Positions 61,512 through 64,000 of a stretch of DNA of 64,000 bases are shown one piece after another. This stretch comes from Chrysomallon squamiferum (Eukaryota; Animalia; Mollusca). The position numbers and the translations under genes are program-made. The notes under the pieces are model-generated. The model had not been told where the DNA came from, searched no databases, and worked only from the letters and a program-made list of their open reading frames with translations. The stretch spans positions 8,990,001-9,054,000 of the forward strand of contig CM022673.1 of the NCBI GenBank assembly GCA_012295275.1, read 5' to 3'. Numbering within the stretch: position 1 is the first letter of the stretch; every line of letters begins with the position of its first letter.

Positions 61512-63656
61512 GATAACCCGAAATTAAAGGGCTTGAAAATACTGAATTAAGGGTTTATACCTCAAACTAAGAGAAATAATAATAATAAGAATAAGTTTTA
61601 AAAAAATCAATAATGAAAATTATTCTGTCATTTCCAAACAGTTGTATTTTAATTCTGTTTCATATCTTTTCATTTCACTTTTTTTTTTTTCTGTGATTTT
61701 TCTGTTTCCATATTTGACATTTTCTATTTTTGTGACTTTAATTTTTTTATTAATGACTATGGACTGCTAGTATTTTTAATTTGTGAAAAATCAAGTATCT
61801 TGTGTATGTTAAAAACAGTTAAAGACAGGCAAACAAATGACCAATTTAAAAAATAATACTAAATAAAAAAGAAAGAAAGAAATTAAAAAGAAAGAAAGAA
61901 AGAGAGAAGGTGAAGAAAAATTTATACAAATATTTACACAAAACCGAAGCGATATCAGACACACGAACACCACTCGCATGTTTGTTTATTATTTCTTTAT
62001 TAACATCGACTGTGATACTCATTGTGAATTATCGCTTTCACTTTTTTTTCTTTAGAACCATGCTGGCTGGGTATAATAAAGAAAAATATGCACATAAAGA
62101 ACAACACTTTAAAAAATTGTGAGCGCACAGTCTCAATCTTTACTTTGACATCGGTTTTGACGTCATCATCTATTCTTAATTCTTTTCCAAAACTGAGGTC
62201 GTAACTCAGGACATTATTCGTAAACCGAGACAAATATTGCTCAAAGATCACGGTTCGTAATCGATTTTTGTTCGTGCTTCGAGGCGTTTAGAACCGAAGG
62301 TTCCACTGTATGTTTAATTGTTCTAAATAATTTAACTAAAATGTTACCCTAAGCTAAAATAAATAGCTAGAAAGAAAAAGAAAGAAAAATATTTTATTTA
62401 ACGATGAACACAACGCACTGCCTGGGTTACTCTTTGCTATCACGATCCAGTAGACAGAATAGCACATACCACGTCCTTTGTTATATATTTGGTGGGAAAC
62501 GGGTTGGAACGAGAAATAACTCTTCAGCGGACGCTCTTCCACTGAAAATACTTTAATCGCAAAAATTAAACTATATTAAATTGTATAAAACAACTCTGCC
62601 TCAAGTAAGAAAACATTAAAATTATCATCATATTCACCATCATCACCATCTTTGTTGTCGTCGTTGTCATCGTCATCACAATTTTCATTATCGGCATAGC
62701 AGTTGCAAATTACTAATTAGCTTATTTTATTCTCAGTTTTAGAAAATGTTTATTAGGTAAGTTATTTTTTCAAATTATTTAGCTTTAGTTGTCAAATTTA
62801 GACGTAATTTAGTTTAGTTTCCTTTTTCTCTTCCATACATGAATGTCGTTAACAGTCATGTGATGATTCTATTTTGGATCATGAAAATATTGATCTGTGA
62901 ACGACACACAGGTATTCAGTTAGTGGTTATCTAGGTAACGGTTGTAGCAGTCATTGTCCATTACAGCTGTCAGAGAACGTGGAGGGGGTGGGGAAAAGAA
63001 AGAAAAAAGTAGATTGATTCGAAATGTATGATAAAAGAGTTTTAAAGTTTTATTCGATGATTCAGTCTTCGCTTGTGAAACAAGCAAAAGTACAATTGAC
63101 AGGCATTCAGCTAAGGAGAATTAGAAGAACCATAGAAAGAAGGAAAGAAATAACTGAATCTCTGTACATGTTCGCGTGTGTACATTTACGTAAAGATGTT
63201 TGTTCACATAATACGTGGTATGAATGTGTGTGTAAGTCTGTATCTATGATTTAAAAAATATTTGGTCATTTTAATTTCGATTCAAATAAAACAGTATTGT
63301 TATTTATTGCATTTGCGGCAACCTTCAAAACGTGCGATGTTTTCATAACGCGACTAATCGTGAAATCGGATAGTCTTAGAAAGGTCACTGAAAGGTCTTA
63401 GAGACATGTTTTAAATCGAGTGTCAGAGGTCAGGTTTTGTTTTTCCTTTTTTTTTTTTTTTTTCAAGATGGAAAAGGGATTGATTCACAGTAATTACAGA
63501 GGCGGTTGTCAGGGCCAGGTACTGCGATTTGCGATTTTAATAGCGAGAAAGAAGATTTCCGACACGTTCTATTTAGCTTGATTTTTTAATACTTCTCGAC
63601 AATTTAATAGTGAGAGACCTTTGGTACTTACCGAGTTACCGTGACGTCATCATTCT

Positions 63657-63687
<31 letters not shown>

Positions 63688-64000
63688 TTAAATTACCTTC
63701 ATGCACGCAAAGCAGTTTGTCTTTAGACGTAATAACAATACCTATATAGTTTGATAGCACACTAATAGACAGATCCATCAACAGCACTGAATACATTATA
63801 ACGGTGTAAAAAGTTTTGATAATTTCTTTACAAAACATCTTTACAAAACTTCTTTACAAATCTTACACTTACGATTGCACTGAATGACGTCTCAAAATGC
63901 TTCAGGTTTCAAAATGACAGAAGATTTATTCGTAAAATGTGACGGTTTTATACTTAATTAATTACTTAATGAACTTAATCGCAACTTACTATTACACTAC
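59537..64000 (-). repeat. Right arm of the inverted duplication, running off the window end; probable alternate haplotype
   Basis: Starts exactly at the gap; differs from the left arm by SNPs and small indels. Confidence 0.95.

Overview
AT-rich, microsatellite-dense, intron-containing animal genomic DNA; the SINE and DNA-transposon content suggests an invertebrate, probably a mollusc (inference). Most ORFs in the supplied track are low-complexity artefacts. I reconstructed three genes by hand. (1) A minus-strand cysteine/glycine-rich CRP/muscle-LIM gene with THREE LIM domains (8 coding exons, 11628->6134); its third coding exon is out of frame by one base as assembled. (2) A head-to-head plus-strand WDR76/CMR1 gene (16 coding exons, ~602 aa, 14117->38360); its second intron (~15.6 kb) is a nest of decayed DNA transposons (Tc1/mariner, Ginger-like, Sola2-like, Kolobok/Mutator-like, one unclassified) with templated patch insertions and repeated copies of one transposase segment. 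(3) The 5' part of an unidentified type II membrane protein gene (putative non-coding exon ~43.7 kb, first coding exon 58535-58844). The window ends in a >=4.5 kb inverted duplication around a 200-N gap, most likely an uncollapsed haplotype. I found no convincing novel multi-gene system. The best leads are the LIM frameshift/alternative acceptor, the templated insertions in the WDR76 intron, and a perfect hairpin within an inverted repeat pair around the third gene's promoter.
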